Of a stretch of DNA of 36,248 nucleotides, positions 10,184 to 18,059 are shown piece by piece. Position 1 is the stretch's first letter, and each line of letters begins with the position of its first letter. The notes beneath the pieces were generated by a model. The model was not told where the DNA came from. It worked only from the letters and a program-made list of their open reading frames with translations, and did not search any database. Origin of the DNA: Fibrobacterales bacterium (GTDB lineage: Bacteria; Fibrobacterota; Fibrobacteria; Fibrobacterales; JAOPTW01); assembly GCA_051532055.1 (NCBI GenBank), contig JAOPTX010000092.1:1-36248 (forward strand). The letters run 5' to 3'. Position numbers and translations under genes: made by a program.

Positions 10184-10945
10184 ATGAACTATTTCTTAAT
10201 CCTTCTTTCCTCAGGAATATTCTTCTTAGGGTGTTCCTTAAATAGACTAGCACCAGATATACAGTCAAAAAAGGTATTTAGAATAGCGTCGCCATCATTC
10301 GATCAGGCAATGGCTCACTCTATTACTAAAATCGCATTTGTACCGTTAGAAAGAGCTACTCTGATTGGGAGTGTTGTGGATGAGTGTGAACGTGATACTA
10401 ACTCACTGCAAGAGAGTGCTCCAGAGGGATGTGTAGAGCTCAATGAATCTAATAGTGCTTTTACCTTTAATAAAAAAGTGTATGAACTTCTTCCGGTGCT
10501 TTTTCCAAAAGCTCGGATTACAGAGCTGGTTCCTGGTGTAGGAGATGTACCAGTTAATGATACTCAGTTTTTAGCGCTTGAAAAAAAAATTCGGGAACTC
10601 TGTTCTATGGACTATTATCGATCATTAGAATCAGGACAATATGTAGCAATAGAACCAACTGCAGCGCCATTAAAAAGTGTTGTGACACAGTTGGCTGCAC
10701 GCTATTCGGTTCGGTATTTGATTATGCCTCTAGAGCTCACCGTAAACTTCTCTCTTGATGGTAGGGTTGCTACAGAAACTCTTTTCTCTTTTTGGGATGG
10801 CATGAAGGGTGAATTACTCTATGTCAAATATCAGTATCAGACTCATAGCGCTCCCCAAAGTGGCCTTAATAGCATTGTGCTATCCGAAGAGCCGGGTTCG
10901 ATTCTAGAGGATGTTAAATCGTTATCAAATATCACCACTCCATAA
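10184..10945 (+). CDS. Hypothetical lipoprotein
   Basis: Real start is ATG 10184 (MNYFLILLSSGIFFLGC, lipobox), 10 bp after the GH64 stop; the upstream part of the tracked ORF overlaps GH64. Confidence 0.7.
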   Translation: MNYFLILLSSGIFFLGCSLNRLAPDIQSKKVFRIASPSFDQAMAHSITKIAFVPLERATLIGSVVDECERDTNSLQESAPEGCVELNESNSAFTFNKKVYELLPVLFPKARITELVPGVGDVPVNDTQFLALEKKIRELCSMDYYRSLESGQYVAIEPTAAPLKSVVTQLAARYSVRYLIMPLELTVNFSLDGRVATETLFSFWDGMKGELLYVKYQYQTHSAPQSGLNSIVLSEEPGSILEDVKSLSNITTP

Positions 10946-11146
10946 GGGTACAAGCTCTTGAGGATTTTTAGAAAATCCTGTTAAGAAGGTGTGTAAAAAT
11001 ATTTGCATTCGTAAAATAATTTGCATGCTTTTAACTTTAATAAAATCAGTGTGTTACGTGTTTTGTTTGCTGTTGTGTCTATTGCTTTTACATATCCAAT
11101 AATTAATCAATAGACATTTAAAAGCCCTATTGATCAATTTAGTAGT

Positions 11147-11161
11147 TGGCCCGATACTTGC
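11147..11161 (+). promoter_or_regulatory. Sigma54 (RpoN) -24/-12 promoter
   Basis: TGGCCCGATACTTGC = TGGC-N7-TTGC (GG-N10-GC); IHF-consensus AATCAGtgtgTTA at 11044-11056; tandem near-palindromes at 10992-11026. Confidence 0.72.
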
Positions 11162-11172
11162 GCTATGTTAAG

Positions 11173-11301
11173 GTATATCGTTTAGTACCCTTGCTCTCCA
11201 TCATACCCTGGATGGACAACAAGTACCCCATGTTGTAGTGACGCGATCGCGTATATCACAAATCAAATTCAACTGGAGTGAGGGTACTAGATGCTTTTTT
11301 T
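11173..11301 (+). ncRNA. Putative sigma54-dependent structured small RNA or leader (four-way junction + U-tract)
   Basis: 19-bp closing helix 11179-11197/11275-11293 (G-U pairs valid on + strand only), three internal hairpins, T7 tract at 11295-11301. Confidence 0.6.
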
Positions 11302-11391
11302 ATCCCCCAAAAACCTTGGTATAAATAGTGAAATAGTGGTATTGTAGACCAAAAGAATAATGTTATTGGTGTTCCACTTGATGAGACTATT

Positions 11392-12204
11392 ATGATAAAT
11401 TTTGAAGAGCTCTTTGATACCATACAAGTGCTCCATATTGAGCCGAATGAAGAAAAGTATTCAGCAGAAGAAAATGCTTTTTTAGAAGGTACTGGTCCTC
11501 GCTTTTCTTTTGTATCAGGCGATGCGTCTCTTATGAGTGAGCCCGATGTGATGATGATGGAAAATTTTGATCTCATTGCTATTACTGCATTAGTTGGGTG
11601 TTCAGAAGAGTATATGCAGTCGCTCAACTGGTTTTGTACCAAATATTCCTTTTTACCCATTGTTATTTTTGTTGATCATTATTCAGAAGAAAGTGTTCTC
11701 TCTTACTTGTCACTGGGAGTGCAAGATGTTATTGATATAACAGAACCTAAAGGGGAGGGGAGTCAATTCGAGATTAAGATACTTTCATCTATGTCGAGAC
11801 AATTAAAGGCACGAATTAGTTCAGATAGTGACGACCTCTATCGTTCACTATTTGATTTTGGGTTAGATATTGTTTTTTTGGTGAGTGAGCAAGGGGATCT
11901 CCTCTATGCATCGCCTAACGTTGAGCTATTATTAGGTCAAAGTATTGCGACACTGGTGGGAACTAGTTTTTGCCAGTTGCTCAATGGGGAAACGTGCACT
12001 ATTTTGCAACCTGTTTTTAATTTGGGTGATGGAGGCTATGATAAAATATACCGGACTAAAGGCGTGCTACTGACCAGTGATGGTGAAGAGAGAGGGGCAG
12101 ACATTATAGTGAGAAATAGAGTTAATGATTCAAAAGTGGGTTGTATGGTTGTGAACTGTCATATAGGCCTTGAATCAAATGTTTTAGAAATAGAGGAGCT
12201 GTAA
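11392..12204 (+). CDS. Pseudo-receiver + PAS domain protein
   Basis: REC-like fold (PDVMMME, LPIVIFV, LSLGVQDVI) followed by a PAS domain (YRSLFD...VSEQGDLLYASPNVELLLG). Confidence 0.7.
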   Translation: MINFEELFDTIQVLHIEPNEEKYSAEENAFLEGTGPRFSFVSGDASLMSEPDVMMMENFDLIAITALVGCSEEYMQSLNWFCTKYSFLPIVIFVDHYSEESVLSYLSLGVQDVIDITEPKGEGSQFEIKILSSMSRQLKARISSDSDDLYRSLFDFGLDIVFLVSEQGDLLYASPNVELLLGQSIATLVGTSFCQLLNGETCTILQPVFNLGDGGYDKIYRTKGVLLTSDGEERGADIIVRNRVNDSKVGCMVVNCHIGLESNVLEIEEL

Positions 12205-12206
12205 CA

Positions 12207-13391
12207 ATGGTCCGCTACCCTATTGAGGATCTCACTGATGGATTGGTTTTAGCTGAACCCATCCTTGATAAAAACAGAAAACTGTTAGTTGCTGAAAACA
12301 CGAGTCTTAATGAAAAGCTCATTGGGTTGTTGAAGGAGCGAGGCTATACTTCAATATTAATTCATGTTGCAGGGACAGATACCATTATTCCAAACGAGAC
12401 CATACGGCAAGAACTTAAGTATGAAGTAGCAAGTATCATTGAAGAAGTAACTAATAGTGTGGGGCAGAAAATTGAAAATGCTCAAAAGCAAAAGTCATCA
12501 ATTTTAGAAGTACTTAAAAGCGAGAAGAATAATATTAATCAAGTGATTCAGGATAAGAAAACATTTGAATTGGTTGATAAAATTTTAGATGCTTTAATAT
12601 CTGAGCCTGTTACTTCAATTGTGATAAGCAAATTACAAAATTTTGAAAATGCCTTTTTTGAACATGTATTGCGAGTGGTGGTTACTTCGCTTGCTCTAGG
12701 GATCAAATTTGGTTTTAATAAGTTTGAGTTGACTGATTTGGGTAAGGGAGCTCTTGCCTATGATATTGGTATGCTTGCTGTCCCAGAAACAATACGGAGA
12801 AAGCAAGGGGAGTTGACCGAAGAAGAGTTTTCGGTTTTAAAACAACATACTTTGTATGGGCATATGATGCTTTCTGAACTGCCTAATTTTTCTGCTATGA
12901 GCACAATTATTGCTCTTTCTCACCATGAACATCAAGATGGAACGGGATATCCAAGGGGTCTAAAAGGAAGTAATAAAACACCAGTTAAGGCAAATGAAGT
13001 TCAAGGAACAATCCATAGATATGCTGATATTGTGCGAGCGGCAGATTTATATGACATGTATACTTTTGGGCGGCCTCATTACTCGTTGGCTTTGAACCCG
13101 CAACTAGTTGTTAAAAAATTGGTAACAGAGGCAGGAAAAACAATCAACGCATCAGTATTGAAAATGTTGCTCTCTATCGTCTCTATTTATCCTGTAGGTG
13201 CAAAAGTTAAAATTATTCAAAGTCCTATAGCTGGGTTAGACGGCTATTATGGCGTTGTGGCCAGAATTAATGAAAAAAATATTATGGCGCCAAGTCTTAT
13301 AATGCTAGAGGATAAGGAAAAACAGACCATAAAACCAATTGTGGTCGATATGTCAAAATATAAAGGATTTCAGATTGAATTATTGACTTAA
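12207..13391 (+). CDS. HD-GYP domain protein (degenerate HD motif)
   Basis: N-terminal L.DGLVLAEPI domain; ALAYDIGML, HTLYG, HHEHQDGTGYPRGL, ADLYD, YPVG. Confidence 0.88.
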   Translation: MVRYPIEDLTDGLVLAEPILDKNRKLLVAENTSLNEKLIGLLKERGYTSILIHVAGTDTIIPNETIRQELKYEVASIIEEVTNSVGQKIENAQKQKSSILEVLKSEKNNINQVIQDKKTFELVDKILDALISEPVTSIVISKLQNFENAFFEHVLRVVVTSLALGIKFGFNKFELTDLGKGALAYDIGMLAVPETIRRKQGELTEEEFSVLKQHTLYGHMMLSELPNFSAMSTIIALSHHEHQDGTGYPRGLKGSNKTPVKANEVQGTIHRYADIVRAADLYDMYTFGRPHYSLALNPQLVVKKLVTEAGKTINASVLKMLLSIVSIYPVGAKVKIIQSPIAGLDGYYGVVARINEKNIMAPSLIMLEDKEKQTIKPIVVDMSKYKGFQIELLT

Positions 13392-13490
13392 TAAGAGTCT
13401 TTCCAAAAACCATACTTGATAGTTAAAATACTCTTTTAATGTAATGTTCTTTATTACATTTTAAAGCGGTTGGGTAATGGGAATACATTA

Positions 13491-13904
13491 ATGAAAGAGA
13501 TTCTATTAATAGATGATGAAGAATTAGTACGTGAATCGCTGTCTGAGTTACTTGAACAGCGAGGGTATACCGTGACTGCAGTTGCCACAGCAGAAATGGG
13601 TATGAGTCTGTGCGAAACGAAAGAGTATGGATGTATTATTTCTGATATCTTTATGCCTGAGATAAACGGCTTTGAATTTATTCGTCTTCTTAAAAAGAAA
13701 TACCCCCACGCGCAAGTGATTGCGATCTCTGGAGGTTCAAATAAATATGGCTTTGGTGATTTTGATTATCTAGAGCACATCAAAAGTTTTGGGGTCGACT
13801 ATGCTTTTTATAAACCAGTCGACACAGAAAAACTCATTGAAGCAATAGAAGTACTACTTAATCAGAACTGCTTAAGTCCATCAGATGTAGCCAATATAAC
13901 TTGA
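13491..13904 (+). CDS. Single-domain response regulator (CheY-like)
   Basis: ILLIDDEE, ISDIFMPEING, IAISGG, YKP; probable start ATG 13491. Confidence 0.9.
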   Translation: MKEILLIDDEELVRESLSELLEQRGYTVTAVATAEMGMSLCETKEYGCIISDIFMPEINGFEFIRLLKKKYPHAQVIAISGGSNKYGFGDFDYLEHIKSFGVDYAFYKPVDTEKLIEAIEVLLNQNCLSPSDVANIT

Positions 13905-14545
13905 GTTGCGTACCCTGAAAATATACCATTGTCGAGAACGCCTGGAATCATATTGATTGCAGTTTCTAGACCTTTTGGATTTTCGATAGCATCAAACTCT
14001 GCATCAATAATCAAATTACCATTATCACTAATGACGGGGCCATCTTTTGATGTACCGGCAAGGCGAATAGTACAGGTTGCACCGAGTTTCGAGAGTGAAG
14101 CCATAGCCGAAGCAAGGGCGATTGGCATCACTTCAACAGGTACCGGCATTTTGGTGCCTAGCTGTGAAACTTCTTTGGTCTCATCTGCAACAACAATAAA
14201 TTCTTTTGACATTGCCTCGACAATTTTTTCTTGAGTGTGAGCCGCGCCTCTCCCTTTAATAAGGTTTTTAGCAGGGTCAATTTCGTCAGCACCATCAATA
14301 GTGAGATCGAGTGAATCTACTTGGCTGACGTCGAGAAGAGGAATACCAAATCTGATACAGTGTGCAGTCGTATCAAAAGAGGTTGAAACTGCTTGAATCG
14401 TAAGGTTCTCGTCTTTAATTCTTGCGGCAAGTCGTTCAATTGCGAAATATGCTGTTGAGCCTGTTCCGAGGCCAACACGCATGTTGTTTTGAATGAGGTT
14501 GGCAGCGGTGTATCCCGCCTCTTTTTTTAATTCACTAATAGTCAT
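13862..14545 (-). CDS. rpiA: Ribose-5-phosphate isomerase A
   Basis: GLGTGST, IDGADEID, LIKGRGAAHTQEKIV, PVPVEV, SDNGNLIID. Confidence 0.97.
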   Translation of the reverse strand: MTISELKKEAGYTAANLIQNNMRVGLGTGSTAYFAIERLAARIKDENLTIQAVSTSFDTTAHCIRFGIPLLDVSQVDSLDLTIDGADEIDPAKNLIKGRGAAHTQEKIVEAMSKEFIVVADETKEVSQLGTKMPVPVEVMPIALASAMASLSKLGATCTIRLAGTSKDGPVISDNGNLIIDAEFDAIENPKGLETAINMIPGVLDNGIFSGYATQVILATSDGLKQF

Positions 14546-14551
14546 GGGGCC

Positions 14552-15187
14552 TCACAGTAGTCCTAAAATGTCATTATCATCATCTGGATCACCATCCAGA
14601 AACTCTTGTTCAATCTCTTCAAAGGTGGCAGATTCGATACTGAGGACGGTTATATCAAAAATGATATCTTTGCCTGCAAGTTTGTGATTGCCATCAAGGA
14701 TGACCTCATTATCTAAAATTTCTTTGATAATAAAAAATGCAGGTTCAGGGTTCTCACCCTCTTCACTGTCATCGTCGTCATCATCATTGTCATTAAATAG
14801 ATCTTCTGGGGTTTTTGGTGTCTTAAACATATCAGGCGAAAGGTAGCTTTCGTGTTCTACAACTTCACGAGGCTCCTGCTCTTGGTACATTTCAACTTCC
14901 ATTCCTACATCGAGGGGTGAAAGATGCTCAAGTTCACTTTTATCTACGGCTATTAAGAGATCATCAGAATAGGCTCCAAATGCCTTTTCACTAGGAATCT
15001 TAATGCCTTCATGGCGTGACCCCTCCTCTTTATGCTCTAAAAACTCCTCTAAACCAGGAATAATGTAGTGATAGCCATGCATATAAGTGAGTGGATTGCT
15101 CTCGGGAGCTTCCTCAATTATAGTGCCATCACTATCTTTCAGAGTATAACAAATGGTTACTTTTTGGTTTTTTTCAACGATATTCAT
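14552..15187 (-). CDS. slyD: SlyD-like FKBP peptidyl-prolyl isomerase with acidic insertion
   Basis: YTLKDSDG..IE, YMHG..IIPGLE, AFGAY, LDGNHKLAGKDIIFDI, IESATFEEI; no His-rich tail. Confidence 0.8.
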   Translation of the reverse strand: MNIVEKNQKVTICYTLKDSDGTIIEEAPESNPLTYMHGYHYIIPGLEEFLEHKEEGSRHEGIKIPSEKAFGAYSDDLLIAVDKSELEHLSPLDVGMEVEMYQEQEPREVVEHESYLSPDMFKTPKTPEDLFNDNDDDDDDSEEGENPEPAFFIIKEILDNEVILDGNHKLAGKDIIFDITVLSIESATFEEIEQEFLDGDPDDDNDILGLL

Positions 15188-15235
15188 AGGCTATCAAGTA
15201 TATTTATGCTGTATTATCCTTAAGGAGAGCGCTGT

Positions 15236-15709
15236 ATGACAACGAAAGGTGTTTCAGTACTGTTTGTCTGTTTAGGAAATATCTGCAGATCTCCCACTGC
15301 AGATGCCATTGCGCAAAATTTACAAAAAAAATTCACTTTTATAAACCAAATCGACTCTGCGGGTACCGGAGCGTACCATATAAATGAACCACCGCACCAT
15401 GTGATGCAGCAAGTTGCTCGTGATAACGGGGTTGAAATGAGTCATCTACGGGCGCGGCAAGCTGTTGTGGCGGACTTTTATGCCTTTGATTATGTGATTG
15501 CCATGGATGATGACAATTTTTCTGAATTACAGGCCATTCAGCCGAATGATGGAAGTGCTCAACTGGTGAAATTACTTGATTACGGTGAAAATAGTGTGCG
15601 TAATGTTCCTGATCCTTATTATGGTGGACCAGATGGCTTTGTAGAGTGCTTTGAAATTATTGATACAGGTGTGAACAATTTATTCCATTTTCTTTCCCAA
15701 AATCACTAA
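15236..15709 (+). CDS. Low-molecular-weight protein tyrosine phosphatase
   Basis: VLFVCLGNICRS P-loop, IDSAGT, FDYVIAMD, VPDPYYGG. Confidence 0.93.
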   Translation: MTTKGVSVLFVCLGNICRSPTADAIAQNLQKKFTFINQIDSAGTGAYHINEPPHHVMQQVARDNGVEMSHLRARQAVVADFYAFDYVIAMDDDNFSELQAIQPNDGSAQLVKLLDYGENSVRNVPDPYYGGPDGFVECFEIIDTGVNNLFHFLSQNH

Positions 15710-15751
15710 AATAGCTAACTTATTAGGGTAAAATTAACGATATAGAGAGAT

Positions 15752-16480
15752 ATGCTACTCGGAATTTTTTCAGATATACATAGTAATATTCAGGCCCTTC
15801 AGGCCGTTAATAGCGATATGGAGAGTCGAGGTGTTGAAAAGAAAGTGTGCCTCGGGGACCTCGTCGGTTATGGCGGAAACCCTAATGAATGTGTTGATAT
15901 GGTACGTTCAATGTCTGAAATCTGTATTTTGGGAAACCACGATAGTGTGGCGATTGAAAATGAGCTCCCTGAAAACTTTAATCCCTATGCACTCAAAGTT
16001 ATGGATTGGACAAGAGAGATTTTGACTCCGGAGTCCCTCGACTATTTAAAAGCCCTTCAATATAAGATTGTTGAGCATGACTGTCTTTTTGTACACTCAA
16101 GTCCTAAATCGCCTGCCGATTGGTGTTATGTCTCGAGTCTCGATGATGCAGTCGATGCATTTGAATTTTTTAAACAGCAAGTCTGTTTTATTGGCCATAC
16201 CCATTGTCCTAATATTATTGTTAAAGAAAGTGGACAATCGTTTAAAGTGTTAGAAGAATCTGAGTATACCATTGTTGGTGATGAACGAGTGTTGGTTAAT
16301 GTAGGAAGTGTGGGACAGCCTCGTGATAGAGACCCACAAGCGAGTTATTGTACTTTTAATACTGAAACAAAAGAGATGCTTCTTATTAAAGTTCCCTATG
16401 ATATTGAGGCCGCTCAGCAGATAATGATTGAGAATGACCTGCCTGAGTATCTGGTGAACCGATTATCAGAAGGGCGTTAA
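15752..16480 (+). CDS. Metallophosphoesterase (calcineurin-like, YfcE/PrpA-type)
   Basis: SDIHSN, CLGDLVGYG, LGNHD, FIGHTH, NVGSVGQPRD. Confidence 0.9.
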   Translation: MLLGIFSDIHSNIQALQAVNSDMESRGVEKKVCLGDLVGYGGNPNECVDMVRSMSEICILGNHDSVAIENELPENFNPYALKVMDWTREILTPESLDYLKALQYKIVEHDCLFVHSSPKSPADWCYVSSLDDAVDAFEFFKQQVCFIGHTHCPNIIVKESGQSFKVLEESEYTIVGDERVLVNVGSVGQPRDRDPQASYCTFNTETKEMLLIKVPYDIEAAQQIMIENDLPEYLVNRLSEGR

Positions 16481-16497
16481 CTACAGGATGGTGAGAG

Positions 16498-17730
16498 ATG
16501 GCTGACATAGTAGTAGTACACACTCCCAGTAATGTAACCCAGTTACTTGCTGAACGCATCACCCAAAAGTTGGATCTTTCAGTTGTGGTTGTAGAATCGG
16601 TGAGTGAAGCAATGCGTACTATAGCCGACCAAGAGAGCCCTGTACTCCTTACTATTGTAGATCTTTCATTAAGCCCGAATAATTACAATCCCTTTGGTGA
16701 ACTCCCGACCATAATTATTACTGGGCTCCTTATGGTTCAATCAAATCTATTGATTCGTACTAAGGGGGTGATGGATTATGTGGTCAATTTAGAAAGCCAC
16801 AATATTCAATACATTATCCAGCTGATTAAACGCAAAAAGTATGCAAGTACTATTAAGATTATGATTGTGGATGATGAGGTTGTTGCTCGTCGGCTGATAA
16901 TGAATATCCTGTCAAATAAAGGGATTCAAGTATTAGAGGCCCATTCAGGAAAAGAAGCACTGGCACTGCTCGGTGAACATCCTGATATTAAATTGGTTGT
17001 GACTGATTATCATATGCCGCATATGGATGGCTTTGAGCTGACTCAAAAAATCAGGGCAGACTACTCCAGAAATGAACTCCCCATCATTGGCTATTCGGGA
17101 ATAGACTCACGTGATCTTCCTGCAGCCTTCATGATGCATGGAGCGAATGACTTTATTGCAAAACCTTTTAGTCTCGAAGAGTTTCAGATAAGAGTAATGC
17201 AGAATATTCAAATTGTAGAGAATTTCCAAGAACTTCGTGAAGTCTCGAACCGAGACTTCTTAACAAATCTATACAACCGTCGCTACTTTTTTGAAATTGG
17301 ACAGAAGTTTTTTGAAAGTGCCAAACGAGGACATATTGATATTCTTGTTGCTATGATCGATATTGACCACTTCAAAAAAGTCAATGATACGTATGGTCAT
17401 GCCATGGGTGATGTGGTACTGATGGAGTTGTCGAAAATTTTGAAAAAGAATCTTCGTAACTCTGATATTATTGCCCGTTTTGGAGGAGAGGAGTTTTGTA
17501 TTCTCTCTACGGGGGTACTGCCCAAAGATGGCTGTCATGTGTTTAATCGTATTCGTGAAGTGGTAGAGAATCATCGGATTCAAACTCCTGATGGGGAGTT
17601 GCAGTTTACTATGAGCGTTGGCTTGAGTGGACATCAGGGGGATTCTTTGACTGATGTGGTTAATCAGGCAGATGCCCTCCTCTACCAAGCAAAGAATACT
17701 GGCCGCAATCAAGTTATTTGCGAATTATAA
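16498..17730 (+). CDS. Response-regulator diguanylate cyclase (degenerate REC - REC - GGDEF)
   Basis: IVDDE..TDYHMP..AKPF receiver; DFLTNLYNRR, DIDHFKKVNDTYGH, RxxD I-site (RNSD), GGEEF. Confidence 0.93.
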   Translation: MADIVVVHTPSNVTQLLAERITQKLDLSVVVVESVSEAMRTIADQESPVLLTIVDLSLSPNNYNPFGELPTIIITGLLMVQSNLLIRTKGVMDYVVNLESHNIQYIIQLIKRKKYASTIKIMIVDDEVVARRLIMNILSNKGIQVLEAHSGKEALALLGEHPDIKLVVTDYHMPHMDGFELTQKIRADYSRNELPIIGYSGIDSRDLPAAFMMHGANDFIAKPFSLEEFQIRVMQNIQIVENFQELREVSNRDFLTNLYNRRYFFEIGQKFFESAKRGHIDILVAMIDIDHFKKVNDTYGHAMGDVVLMELSKILKKNLRNSDIIARFGGEEFCILSTGVLPKDGCHVFNRIREVVENHRIQTPDGELQFTMSVGLSGHQGDSLTDVVNQADALLYQAKNTGRNQVICEL

Positions 17731-17831
17731 CGCATATTTCGGCTCATCTTCTTCGTTATTTTTACCTCGACGTACTGGCGTACGCCTTCGCCAAAAATGC
17801 CTCAAACCTGAACCAAACTATGCGTTATAAT
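17724..17831. repeat. 108-bp REP/MITE-like inverted-repeat element
   Basis: 23-bp arms (20/23 match) attataacgcatatttcggctca ... tgaaccaaactatgcgttataat with central cgacgtactggcgtacgcc. Confidence 0.65.
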
Positions 17832-17944
17832 CAGGTTGTCGTCGTGGCTTTGCCACGTACTAGTCGCTTCATTCTGTTGTCGTGCTTTTGGCACGTACTG
17901 GTTGTTTTGTTTTTTCGTCGTGGCTTTGCCATGTGCTTGTTTTT
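17831..17944. repeat. Three tandem 38-bp units, each with a hairpin (REP-like)
   Basis: cgtggc-ttt-gccacg (17843), cgtgct-ttt-ggcacg (17881), cgtggc-ttt-gccatg (17919); exact 38-bp period. Confidence 0.75.
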
Positions 17945-18059
17945 ACTTGGTTTCTGAGTTACTTAATGTAAAAACTACATAAATATTGTTGTTGGTTCCG
18001 GGTGGGGCTGTAAATAAGAATATATTTGTGGTACAGAATGGTATTTTGAGGGAGGTGGT

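Noticed and set aside
11256..11660. 134-aa minus-strand ORF
   Set aside because: Antisense to the REC-PAS gene and overlaps the structured RNA; no motif.
15236..15709. ArsC arsenate reductase linked to the ars cluster
   Set aside because: CLGNICRS and DPYYGG are PTP-type, the resolving Cys pair of thioredoxin-dependent ArsC is absent, and the gene is 8 kb from the cluster.
17831..17944. CRISPR mini-array
   Set aside because: The 38-bp period is too short, the linkers are ~17 nt and similar to each other, and there are no cas genes in the window.
17718..17957. 79-aa hydrophobic ORF (and a basic minus-strand ORF)
   Set aside because: Explained by the repeat elements; no RBS and no protein-like pattern.
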